Positions 52,860 through 64,000 of a stretch of DNA of 64,000 nucleotides are shown in pieces. Below the pieces are notes generated by a model that was not told the origin of the DNA, made no database searches, and saw only the letters and a list, made by a program, of their open reading frames with translations. A program made the position numbers and the translations under genes. Each line of letters begins with the position of its first letter. The stretch's first letter is position 1. Origin of the DNA: Eledone cirrhosa (Eukaryota); contig OZ024757.1 of assembly GCA_964016885.1 (NCBI GenBank), positions 372,001 to 436,000 of the forward strand. The letters run 5' to 3'.

Positions 52860-53960
52860 GGTGTGAAGACATTAGCTACTTGGGTGAGATAGTGACATTA
52901 GGGTGAAGTCAGTAGCTACTAGGGTGAGATAGTGACATTGGGGTGAATACAGTAGCTACAATGGTGAGATCGTGACATTGGGGTGAAGACATTAGCTACT
53001 TGGGTGAGATAGTGACATTAGGGTGAAGTCAGTAGCTACTTGGGTGAGATAGTGACATTGGGGTGAAGAGATTAGCTACTAGGATGAGATAGTGACATTG
53101 GGGTGAAGACATTAGCTACTTGGGTGAGATAGTGACATTAGGGTGAAGTCAGTAGCTACTTGGGTGAGATAGTGACATTGGGGTGAAGACAGTAGCTACT
53201 AGGGTGAGATATTGACATTGGGGTGAAGACAGTAGCTACTAGGGTGAGATATTGACATTGGGGTGAAGACAGTAGCTACTAGGGTGCGATAGTGACATTG
53301 GGGTGAAGAGAGTATCTACAAGGGTGAGATCGTGACATTGGGGTGAAGAGAGTAGCTACTAGGGTGAGATATTGACATTGGGGTGAAGACAGTAGCTACT
53401 AGGGTGCGATAGTGACATTGGGGTGAAGACAGTAGCTACTTGGGTGAGATAGTGACATTGGGGTGGAGACAGTAGCTACTAGGGTGAGATAGTGACATTG
53501 GGGTGAAGAGAGTATCTACAAGGGTGAGATCGTGACATTGGGGTGAAGACAGTAGCTACTAGGGTGAGATATTGACATTGGGGTGAAGACAGTAGCTACT
53601 AGGGTGCGATAGTGACATTGGGGTGAAGACAGTAGCTACTTGGGTGAGATAGTGACATTGGGGTGGAGACAGTAGCTACTAGGGTGAGATAGTGACATTG
53701 GGGTGAAGAGAGTATCTACAAGGGTGAGATCGTGACATTGGGGTGAAGACAGTAGCTACTAGGGTGAGATATTGACATTGGGGTGAAGACAGTAGCTACT
53801 AGGGTGAGATATTGACATTGGGTGAAGACAGTAGCTACTAGGGTGAGATATTGACATTGGGGTGAAGACAGTAGCTACTAGGGTGCGATAGTGACATTGG
53901 GGTGAAGAGAGTATCTACAAGGGTGAGATCGTGACATTGGGGTGAAGACAGTAGCTACTA
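52860..53960 (+). repeat. Local short higher-order repeats: 3-mer (120 bp) followed by 5-mer (200 bp)
   Basis: GGGTGAAGTC at 52901, 53021, 53141; AGTATCTACAA at 53311, 53511, 53711, 53910. Confidence 0.8.
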
Positions 53961-56609
53961 GGGTGCGATAGTGACATTGGGTGAAGACAGTAGCTACTAG
54001 GGTAAGATAGTGACATTGGGGTGAAGACAGTAGCTACTAGGGTAAGATAGTGACATTGGGGTGAAGACAGTAGCTACAAGGGTGAGATCGTGACATTGGG
54101 GTGAAGACAGTAGATACTAGGGTAAGATAGTGACATTGGGGTGAAGACAGTAGCTACTAGGGTAAGATAGGGACATTGGGGTGACAACAGTAGCTACTAG
54201 GGTGAGATAGTGACATTAGGGTGAATACAATAGCTACTAGGGTGAGATAGTGACAATGGGGTGAAGACAGTAGCTACTAGGGTGAGATAGTGACATTGGG
54301 GTGAAGACAATAGCTACAAGGGTTAGATAGTGACATTGGGTGAAGACAATAGCTACTAGGGTGAGAGAGTGACATTGGTGTGAAGACATTAGCTACTTGG
54401 GTGAGATAGTGACATTAGGGTGAAGTCAGTAGCTACTAGGGTGAGATAGTGACATTGGGGTGAATACAGTAGCTACAAGGGTGAGATCGTGACATTGGGG
54501 TGAAGACAGTAGCTACTAGGGTGAGATATTGACATTGGGGTGAAGACAGTAGCTACTAGGGTGAGATAGTGACATTGGGGTGGAGACAGTAGCTACTAGG
54601 GTGAGATAGTGACATTGGGGTGAAGAGAGTATCTACAAGGGTGAGATCGTGACATTGGGGTGAAGACAGTAGCTACTAGGGTGAGATATTGACATTGGGG
54701 TGAAGACAGTAGCTACTAGGGTGAGATATTGACATTGGGTGAAGACAGTAGCTACTAGGGTGAGATAGTGACATTGGGGTGAAGACAGTAGCTACTAGGG
54801 TGCGATAGTGACATTGGGTGAAGACAGTAGCTACTAGGGTAAGATAGTGACATTGGGGTGAAGACAGTAGCTACTAGGGTAAGATAGTGACATTGGGGTG
54901 AAGACAGTAGCTACTAGGGTGAGATAGGGACATTGGGGTGACAACAGTAGCTACTAGGGTGAGATAGTGACATTAGGGTGAATACATTAGCTACTAGGTT
55001 GAGATAGTGACATTGGCGTGAAGACAGTAGCTACTAGGGTGAGATAGTGACATTGGGGTGAAGACAATAGCTACAAGGGTTAGATATTGACATTGGGTGA
55101 AGACAATAGCTACTAGGGTGAGAGAGTGACATTGGTGTGAAGACATTAGCTACTTGGGTGAGATAGTGACATTAGGGTGAAGACAGTAGCTACTAGGGTG
55201 AGATAGTGACATTGGGGTGAAGACAGTAGCTTCAAGGGTGAGATCGTGACATTGGGCTGAAGACAGTAGCTACTAGGGTGAGATATTGACATTGGGGTGA
55301 ATACAGTAGCTACTAGGGTGAGATAGTGACATTGGGGGGAAGACAGTAGCTACAAGGGTGAGATCGTGACATTGGGGTGAAGACAGTAGATACTAGGGTG
55401 AGATCGTGACATTGGGGTGAAGACAGTAGCTACTAGGGTGAGATATTGACATTGGGGTGAATACAGTAGCTACTAGGGTGAGATAGTGACATTGGGGTGA
55501 AGACAGTAGCTACAAGGGTGAGATCGTGACATTGGGGTGAAGACAGTAGATACTAGGGTAAGATAGTGACATTGGGGTGAAGACAGTAGCTACTAGGGTG
55601 AGATAGTGACATTGGGGTGAAGACAGTAGCTACTAGGGTGAGATAGGGACATTGGGGTGACAACAGTAGCTACTAGGGTGAGGTAGTGACATTAGGGTGA
55701 ATACAATAGCTACTAGGGTGAGATAGTGACATTGGGGTGAAGACAGTAGCTACTGGGTGAGATAGTGACATTGGGGTGAAGACAATAGCTATTTGGGTGA
55801 GATAGTGACATTGGGGTGAAGACAGAAGCTACTAGGGTGTGATAGTGACATTAGGGTGAAGACAGTAGCTACTAGGACGAGATTGTGACATTGGGGTGGA
55901 GACAGTAGCTACTAAGGTGAGATAGTGACATTAGAGTGAAGACAGTAGCTACTAGGGTGTGATAGTGACGTTGGGGTGAAGACAGTAGCTACTAGGGTGC
56001 GATAGTTACATTGGGTGAAGACAGTAGCTACTAGGGTGAGATAGTGACATTGGGGTGAAGTCAGTAGCTACTAGGGTGAGATAGTGACATTGGGGTGAAG
56101 ACAGGAGCTCATAGGGTGAGATAGTGATATTGGTGGTGAAGACAGTAACTACTAGGGTGAGATAGTGACATTGGGGTGAAGACAGTAGCTACTATGGTGA
56201 GATAGTGACATTGGGGTGAAGACAATAGCTATTTGGGTGAGACAGTGACATTGGGGTGAAGACAGTAGCTACTGGGTGAGATAGTGACATTGGGGTGAAG
56301 ACAGTAGCTACTGGGTGAGATAGTGACCTTGGGGTGAAGACAGTAGCTACTGGGTGAGATTGTGACATTGGGGTGAAGACAGTAGCTACTGGGTGAGATA
56401 GTGACCTTGGGGTGAAGACAATAGCTATTTGGGTGAGATAGTGACATTGGGGTGAAGACAGTAGCTACGAGGGTGAGATAGTGACATTGGGGTGAAAACA
56501 ATAGCTACAAGGGTTAGATAGTGACATTGGGTGAAGACAAAACTACTAGGGTGAGAGAGTGACATTGGTGTGAAGACATTAGCTACTTGGGTGAGATAGT
56601 GACATTAGG

Positions 56610-59600
56610 GTGAAGACAGTAGCTACTAGGGTGAGATAGTGACATCAGGGTGAAGACAGTAGCTACAAGGGTGAGATCGTGACATTGGGGTGAAGACAGT
56701 AGATACTAGGGTAAGATAGTGACATTGGGGTGAAGACAGTAGCTACTAGGGTGAGATAGGGACATTGGGGTGACAACAGTAGCTACTAGGGTGAGATAGT
56801 GACATTAGGGTGAATACATTAGCTAGTAGGGTGAGATAGTGACATTGGGGTGAAGACAGGAGCTACTAGGGTGAGATAGTGACATTGGGGTGAAGACAAT
56901 AGCTACAAGGGTTAGATAGTGACATTGAGTGAAGACAATAGCTACTAGGGTGAGAGAGTGACATTGGTGTGAAGACATTAGCTACTTGGGTGAGCTAGTG
57001 ACATTAGGGTGAAGACAGTAGCTACTAGGGTGAGATAGTGACATTGGGGTGAAGACAGTAGCTACAAGGTGAGATCGTGACATTGGGGTGAAGACAGTAG
57101 CTACTAGGGTGAGATAGTGACATTGGGGTGAAGACAGTAGCTACAAGGGTGAGATCGTGACATTGGGGTGAAGACAGTAGATACTAGGGTAAGATAGTGA
57201 CATTGGGGTGAAGACAGTAGCTACTAGGGTGAGATAGGGATATTGCGGTGACAACAGTAGCTACTAGGGTGAGGTAGTGACATTAGGGTGAATACAATAG
57301 CTACTAGGGTGAGATAGTGACAATGGGGTGAAGACAGTAGCTACTGGGTGAGATAGTGACATTGGGGTGAAGACAATAGCTATTTGGGTGAGATAGTGAC
57401 ATTGGGGTGAAGACAGAAGCTACTAGGGTGTGATAGTGACATTAGGGTGAAGACAGTAGCTACTAGGGTGAGATAGTGACATTGGGGTGAAGACAGTAGC
57501 TACAAGGGTGAGATCGTGACATTGGGGTGAAGACAGTAGATACTAGGGTAAGATAGTGACATTGGGGTAAAGACAGTAGCTACTAGGGTGAGATAGGGAC
57601 ATTGGCGTGACAACAGTAGCTACTAGGGTGAGATAGTGACATTAGGGTGAATACAATAGCTACTAGGGTGAGATAGTGACAATGGGGTGAAGACAGTAGC
57701 TACTAGGGTGAGATAGTGACATTGGGGTGAAGACAATAGCTACAAGGGTTAGATAGTCACATTGGGTGAAGACAATAGCTACTAGGGTGAGAGAGTGACA
57801 TTGGTGTGAAGACATTAGCTACTTGGGTGAGATAGTGACATTAGGGTGAAGACAGTAGCTACTAGGGTGAGATAGTGACATTGGGGTGAAGACAGTAGCT
57901 ACAAGGGTGAGATCGTGACATTGGGGTTAAGACAGTAGCTACTAGGGTGAGATATTGACATTGGGGTGAAGACAGTAGCTACTAGGGTGAGATAGTGACA
58001 TTGGGGTGGAGACAGTAGCTACTAGGGTGAGATAGTGACATTGGGGTGAAGAGAGTAGCTACAAGGGTGAGATCATGACATTGGGGTGAAGACAGTAGCT
58101 ACTAGGGTGAGATATTGACATTGGGGTGAAGACAGTAGCTACTAGGGTGAGATATTGATATTGGGTGAAGACAGTAGCTACTAGGGTGAGATAGTGACAT
58201 TGGGGTGAAGACAGTAGCTACTAGGGTGCGATAGTGACATTGGGTGAAGACAGTAGCTACTAGGGTGAGATAGTGACATTGGGGTGAAGACAGTAGCTAC
58301 TAGGGTGAGATAGTGACATTGGGGTGGAGACAGGAGCTACTAGGGTGAGATAGTGACATTGGGGTGAAGACAGTAGCTACTATGGTGAGATAGTGACATT
58401 GGGGTGAAGACAATAGCTATTTGGGTGAGATAGTGACATTGGGGTGAAGACAAAGCTACTAGGATGGGATAGTGACATTGGGGTGAAGACAATAGCTACT
58501 AGGGTGAGATAGTGACATTGGGGTGAAGACAGTAGCTACTAGGGTGGGATAGTGATATTGGGGTGAAGACAATAGCTACAAGGGTGAGATAGTGAAATTG
58601 GGTGAAGACAATAGCTACTAGGGTGAGAGAGTGACATTGGGGTAAGAGAGTAGCTACTAGGGTGAGATAGTGACATTGGGGTGGAGATAGTAGCTACTAG
58701 GGTGAGATAGTGACATTGGGGTGAAGACAGTAGCTACTGGGTGAGATAGTGACATTGGGGTGAAGACAATAGCTATTTGGGTGAGATAGTGACATTGGGG
58801 TGAAGACAGAAGCTACTAGGGTGTGATAGTGACATTAGGGTGAAGACAGTAGCTACTAGGGTGAGATAGTGACATTGGGGTGGAGACAGTAGCTACTAGG
58901 GTGAGATAGTGACATTAGAGTAAAGACAGTAGCTACTAGGGTGTGATAGTGACATTGGGGTGAAGACAGTAGCTACTAGGGTGCGATAGTTACATTGGGT
59001 GAAGACAGTAGCTACTAGGGTGAGATAGTAACATTGGGGTGAAGACAGTAGCTACAAGGGTAAGATCGTAACATTGGGGTGAAGACAGGAGCTACTAGGG
59101 TGAGACAGTGATATTGGGGTGAAGACAGTAGCTACTAGGGTGAGATAGTGACATTGGGGTGGAAACAGTAGCTACTAGGGTGAGATAGTGACTTTGGGGT
59201 GAAGAGAGTAGCTACAAGGGTGAGATAGTGACATTGGGGTGAAAACAGTAGCTACTAGGGTGAGATATTGACATTGGGGTGAAGACAGTAGCTACTAGGG
59301 TGAGATATTGACATTGGGTGAAGAGAGTAGCTACTAGGGTGAGATAGTGACATTGGGGTGAAGACAGTAGCTACTAGGGTGCGATAGTGACATTGGGTGA
59401 AGACAGTAGCTACTAGGGTGAGATAGTGACATTGGGGTGAAGACAGTAGCTACTAGGGTGAGATAGTGACATTGGGGTGAAGACAGGAGCTACTAGGGTG
59501 AGATAGTGATATTGGGGTGAAGACAGTAGCTACTAGGGTGAGATAGTGACATTGGGGTGAAGACAGTAGCTACTGGGTGAGATAGTGACCTTGGGGTGAA

Positions 59601-62600
59601 GACAGTAGCTACTGGGTGAGATAGTGACATTGGGGTGAAGACAGTAGCTACTGGGTGAGATAGTGACATTGGGGTGAAGACAGTAGCTACTGGGTGAGAT
59701 AGTGACCTTGGGGTGAAGACAATAGCTATTTGGGTGAGATAGTGACATTGGGGTGAAGACAGTAGCTACTAGGGTGAGATAGTGACATTGGGGTGAAAAC
59801 AATAGCTACAAGGGTTAGATAGTGACATTGGGTGAAGACAAAAGCTACTAGGGTGAGAGAGTGACATTGGTGTGAAGACATTAGCTACTTGGGTGAGATA
59901 GTGACATTAGGGTGAAGACAGTAGCTACTAGGGTGAGATAGTGACATCAGGGTGAAGACAGTAGCTACAAGGGTGAGATCGTGACATTGGGGTGAAGACA
60001 GTAGCTACTAGGGTGAGATATTGACATTGGGGTGAAGACAGTAGCTACTAGGGTGAGATAGTGACATTGGGGTGAAGACAGTAGCTACAAGGGTGAGATC
60101 GTGACATTGGGGTGAAGACAGTAGATACTAGGGTAAGATAGTGACATTGGGGTGAAGACAGTAGCTACTAGGGTGAGATAGGGACATTGGGGTGACAACA
60201 GTAGCTACTAGGGTGAGATAGTGACATTAGGGTGAATACATTAGCTACTATGGTGAGATAGTGACATTGGGGTGAAGACAATAGCTACAAGGGTTAGATA
60301 GTGACATTGGGTGAAGACAATAGCTACTAGGGTGAGAGAGTGACATTGGTGCGAAGACATTAGCTACTTGGGTAAGCTAGTGACATTAGGGTGAAGACAT
60401 TAGCTACTAGGGTGAGATAGTGACATTGGGGTGAAGACAGTAGCTACAAGGTGAGATCGTGACATTGGGGTGAAGACAGTAGCTACTAGGGTGAGATAGT
60501 GACATTGGGGTGAAGACAGTAGCTACAAGGGTGAGATCGTGACATTGGGGTGAAGACAGTAGATACTAGGGTAAGATAGTGACATTGGGGTGAAGACAGT
60601 AGCTACTAGGGTGAGATAGGGACATTGCGGTGAAAACAGTAGCTACTAGGGTGAGGTAGTGACATTAGGGTGAATACAATCGCTACTAGGGTGAGATAGT
60701 GACAATGGGGTGAAGACAGTAGCTACTGGGTGAGATAGTGACATTGGGGTGAAGACAATAGCTATTTGGGTGAGATAGTGACATTGGGGTGAAGACAGAA
60801 GCTACTAGGATGTGATAGTGACATTAGGGTGAAGACAGTAGCTACTAGGGTGAGATTGTGACATTGGGGTGGAGACAGTAGCTACTAAGGTGAGATAGTG
60901 ACATTAGAGTGAAGACAGTAGCTACTAGGGTGTGATAGTGACATTGGGGTGAAGACAGTAGCTACAAGGGTGAGATCGTGACATTGGGGTGAAGACAGTA
61001 GATACTAGGGTAAGATAGTGACATTGGGGTAAAGACAGTAGCTACTAGGGTGAGATAGGGACATTGGCGTGACAACAGTAGCTACTAGGGTGAGATAGTG
61101 ACATTAGGGTGAATACAATAGCTACTAGGGTGAGATAGTGACAATGGGGTGAAGACAGTAGCTACTAGGGTGAGATAGTGACATTGGGGTGAAGACAATA
61201 GCTACAAGGGTTAGATAGTGACATTGGGTGAAGACAATAGCTACTAGGGTGAGAGAGTGACATTGGTGTGAAGACATTAGCTACTTGGGTGAGATAGTGA
61301 CATTAGGGTGAAGACAGTAGCTACTAGGGTGAGATAGTGACATTGGGGTGAAGACAGTAGCTACAAGGGTGAGATCGTGACATTGGGGTGAAGACAGTAG
61401 CTACTAGGGTGAGATATTGACATTGGGGTGAAGACAGTAGCTACTAGGGTGCGATAGTGACATTGGGTGAAGACAGTAGCTACTAGGGTGAGATATTGAC
61501 ATTGGGGTGAAGACGGTAGCTACTAGGGTGAGATATTGATATTGGGTGAAGACAGTAGCTACTAGGGTGAGATAGTGACATTGGGGTGAAGACAGTAGCT
61601 ACTAGGGTGCGATAGTGACATTGGGTGAAGACAGTAGCTACTAGGGTGAGATAGTGACATTGGGGTGAAGACAGTAGCTACTAGGGTGAGATAGTGACAT
61701 TGGGGTGGAGACAGGAGCTACTAGGGTGAGATAGTGACATTGGGGTGAAGACAGTAGCTACTAGGGTGAGATAGTGACATCAGGGTGAAGACAGTAGCTA
61801 CAAGGGTGAGATCGTGACATTGGGGTGAAGACAGTAGATACTAGGGTAAGATAGTGACATTGGGGTGAAGACAGTAGCTACTAGGGTGAGATAGGGACAT
61901 TGGGGTGACAACAGTAGCTACTAGGGTGAGATAGTGACATTAGGGTGAATACATTAGCTAGTAGGGTGAGATAGTGACATTGGGGTGAAGACAGGAGCTA
62001 CTAGGGTGAGATAGTGACATTGGGGTGAAGACAATAGCTACAAGGGTTAGATAGTGACATTGAGTGAAGACAATAGCTACTAGGGTGAGAGAGTGACATT
62101 GGTGTGAAGACATTAGCTACTTGGGTGAGCTAGTGACATTAGGGTGAAGACAGTAGCTACTAGGGTGAGATAGTGACATTGGGGTGAAGACAGTAGCTAC
62201 AAGGGTGAGATCGTGACATTGGGGTGAAGACAGTAGATACTAGGGTAAGATAGTGACATTGGGGTGAAGACAGTAGCTACTAGGGTGAGATAGGGATATT
62301 GCGGTGACAACAGTAGCTACTAGGGTGAGGTAGTGACATTAGGGTGAATACAATAGCTACTAGGGTGAGATAGTGACAATGGGGTGAAGACAGTAGCTAC
62401 TGGGTGAGATAGTGACATTGGGGTGAAGACAATAGCTATTTGGGTGAGATAGTGACATTGGGGTGAAGACAGAAGCTACTAGGGTGTGATAGTGACATTA
62501 GGGTGAAGACAGTAGCTACTAGGGTGAGATAGTGACATTGGGGTGAAGACAGTAGCTACAAGGGTGAGATCGTGACATTGGGGTGAAGACAGTAGATACT

Positions 62601-64000
62601 AGGGTAAGATAGTGACATTGGGGTAAAGACAGTAGCTACTAGGGTGAGATAGGGACATTGGCGTGACAACAGTAGCTACTAGGGTGAGATAGTGACATTA
62701 GGGTGAATACAATAGCTACTAGGGTGAGATAGTGACAATGGGGTGAAGACAGTAGCTACTAGGGTGAGATAGTGACATTGGGGTGAAGACAATAGCTACA
62801 AGGGTTAGATAGTCACATTGGGTGAAGACAATAGCTACTAGGGTGAGAGAGTGACATTGGTGTGAAGACATTAGCTACTTGGGTGAGATAGTGACATTAG
62901 GGTGAAGACAGTAGCTACTAGGGTGAGATAGTGACATTGGGGTGAAGACAGTAGCTACAAGGGTGAGATCGTGACATTGGGGTTAAGACAGTAGCTACTA
63001 GGGTGAGATATTGACATTGGGGTGAAGACAGTAGCTACTAGGGTGAGATAGTGACATTGGGGTGGAGACAGTAGCTACTAGGGTGAGATAGTGACATTGG
63101 GGTGAAGAGAGTAGCTACAAGGGTGAGATCATGACATTGGGGTGAAGACAGTAGCTACTAGGGTGAGATATTGACATTGGGGTGAAGACAGTAGCTACTA
63201 GGGTGAGATATTGATATTGGGTGAAGACAGTAGCTACTAGGGTGAGATAGTGACATTGGGGTGAAGACAGTAGCTACTAGGGTGCGATAGTGACATTGGG
63301 TGAAGACAGTAGCTACTAGGGTGAGATAGTGACATTGGGGTGAAGACAGTAGCTACTAGGGTGAGATAGTGACATTGGGGTGGAGACAGGAGCTACTAGT
63401 GTGAGATAGTGACATTGGGGTGAAGACAGTAGCTACTATGGTGAGATAGTGACATTGGGGTGAAGACAATAGCTATTTGGGTGAGATAGTGACATTGGGG
63501 TGAAGACAAAGCTACTAGGATGGGATAGTGACATTGGGGTGAAGACAATAGCTACTAGGGTGAGATAGTGACATTGGGGTGAAGACAGTAGCTACTAGGG
63601 TGGGATAGTGATATTGGGGTGAAGACAATAGCTACAAGGGTGAGATAGTGAAATTGGGTGAAGACAATAGCTACTAGGGTGAGAGAGTGACATTGGGGTA
63701 AGAGAGTAGCTACTAGGGTGAGATAGTGACATTGGGGTGGAGATAGTAGCTACTAGGGTGAGATAGTGACATTGGGGTGAAGACAGTAGCTACTGGGTGA
63801 GATAGTGACATTGGGGTGAAGACAATAGCTATTTGGGTGAGATAGTGACATTGGGGTGAAGACAGAAGCTACTAGGGTGTGATAGTGACATTAGGGTGAA
63901 GACAGTAGCTACTAGGGTGAGATAGTGACATTGGGGTGGAGACAGTAGCTACTAGGGTGAGATAGTGACATTAGAGTAAAGACAGTAGCTACTAGGGTGT
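56610..64000 (+). repeat. Block duplication ~56610-58944 vs ~61745-64000 (offset 5135, then 5056 after loss of two monomers); a related partial copy lies at offset ~3301 (56229-56501 vs 59533-59802)
   Basis: AGCTAGTAGG 56821/61956 and GACATTGAGT 56921/62056 (5135); TATTGCGGTG 57241/62297, AGATAGTCAC 57751/62807, GATCATGACA 58071/63127, GACATTAGAGTAAAG 58911/63967 (5056). Confidence 0.9.

Larger units (their letters stand above)
1..64000 (+). repeat. Satellite DNA: tandem array of a 40-bp monomer (GGGGTGAAGACAGTAGCTACTAGGGTGAGATAGTGACATT), ~1,600 copies, running off both window ends
   Basis: Every line matches the consensus, mostly with 0-3 substitutions per monomer; an exact consensus copy is at 2355-2394. 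Common length variants are 39 bp (GGGG>GGG, ACTAGGG>ACTGGG, GTGAAGA>GTAAGA) and 41 bp (TTGGGGTG>TTGGTGGTG). Consensus composition is G15 A12 T9 C4. Confidence 0.99.

Noticed and set aside
300-59802. The short minus-strand ORFs (62-97 aa; MSLSHPSSYCLHP / QCHYLTLVATVFTP motifs, Cys/His-rich)
   Set aside because: They are the three reading frames of the 40-bp repeat joined by 1-bp indels that happen to skip the TAG stop. They have no unique sequence or gene context, and their recurrence simply tracks the block duplications. The Cys/His content does not form a zinc-finger pattern.
1-64000. CRISPR array or repeat-spacer system (repeat of CRISPR-like length with an internal palindrome)
   Set aside because: There are no unique spacers: monomers abut directly and differ only by point variants. 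There is no leader and no cas gene.
1-64000. True telomeric tract
   Set aside because: TTAGGG and TTGGGG occur singly within a 40-bp unit and never as tandem hexamers.
1-64000. Variant order as an information-bearing code or diversity-generating cassette system
   Set aside because: The ordered variants are adequately explained by descent through block duplication. No recombinase, reverse transcriptase, expression site or target gene is present in the window.
1-64000. Synthetic concatemer or rolling-circle artefact (a BbsI site GAAGAC is present in most monomers)
   Set aside because: Shared, hierarchically inherited variants and nested duplications of differing divergence indicate natural evolution, not random error on one template. 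A 6-bp site is expected by chance.

Overview
The whole 64-kb window is one uninterrupted head-to-tail tandem array of a 40-bp monomer, about 1,600 copies in a single orientation. The + strand consensus is GGGGTGAAGACAGTAGCTACTAGGGTGAGATAGTGACATT. I saw no unique flanking sequence, inserted element, inversion, RNA gene or credible protein-coding gene, and all listed ORFs are read-throughs of the repeat. It looks like eukaryotic satellite DNA, but I cannot name the family or organism. The structure lies in the organisation. The monomer is a diverged dimer of a ~20-bp unit (21+19 bp), contains a perfect 10-bp palindrome and is strongly G/purine-skewed with telomere-like hexamers. Variant monomers recur in fixed-order cassettes of about 7-10 units and form large domains. 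The array is built from nested block duplications with offsets of about 1277, 2747, 716, 2351, 6969/7286, 3309, 3791, 1437, 3301 and 5056/5135 bp, plus local 3-mer and 5-mer periodicities. Block edges were read by eye and are good to about one or two monomers. I found no support for a new gene-encoded system; the best leads concern satellite architecture and evolution.
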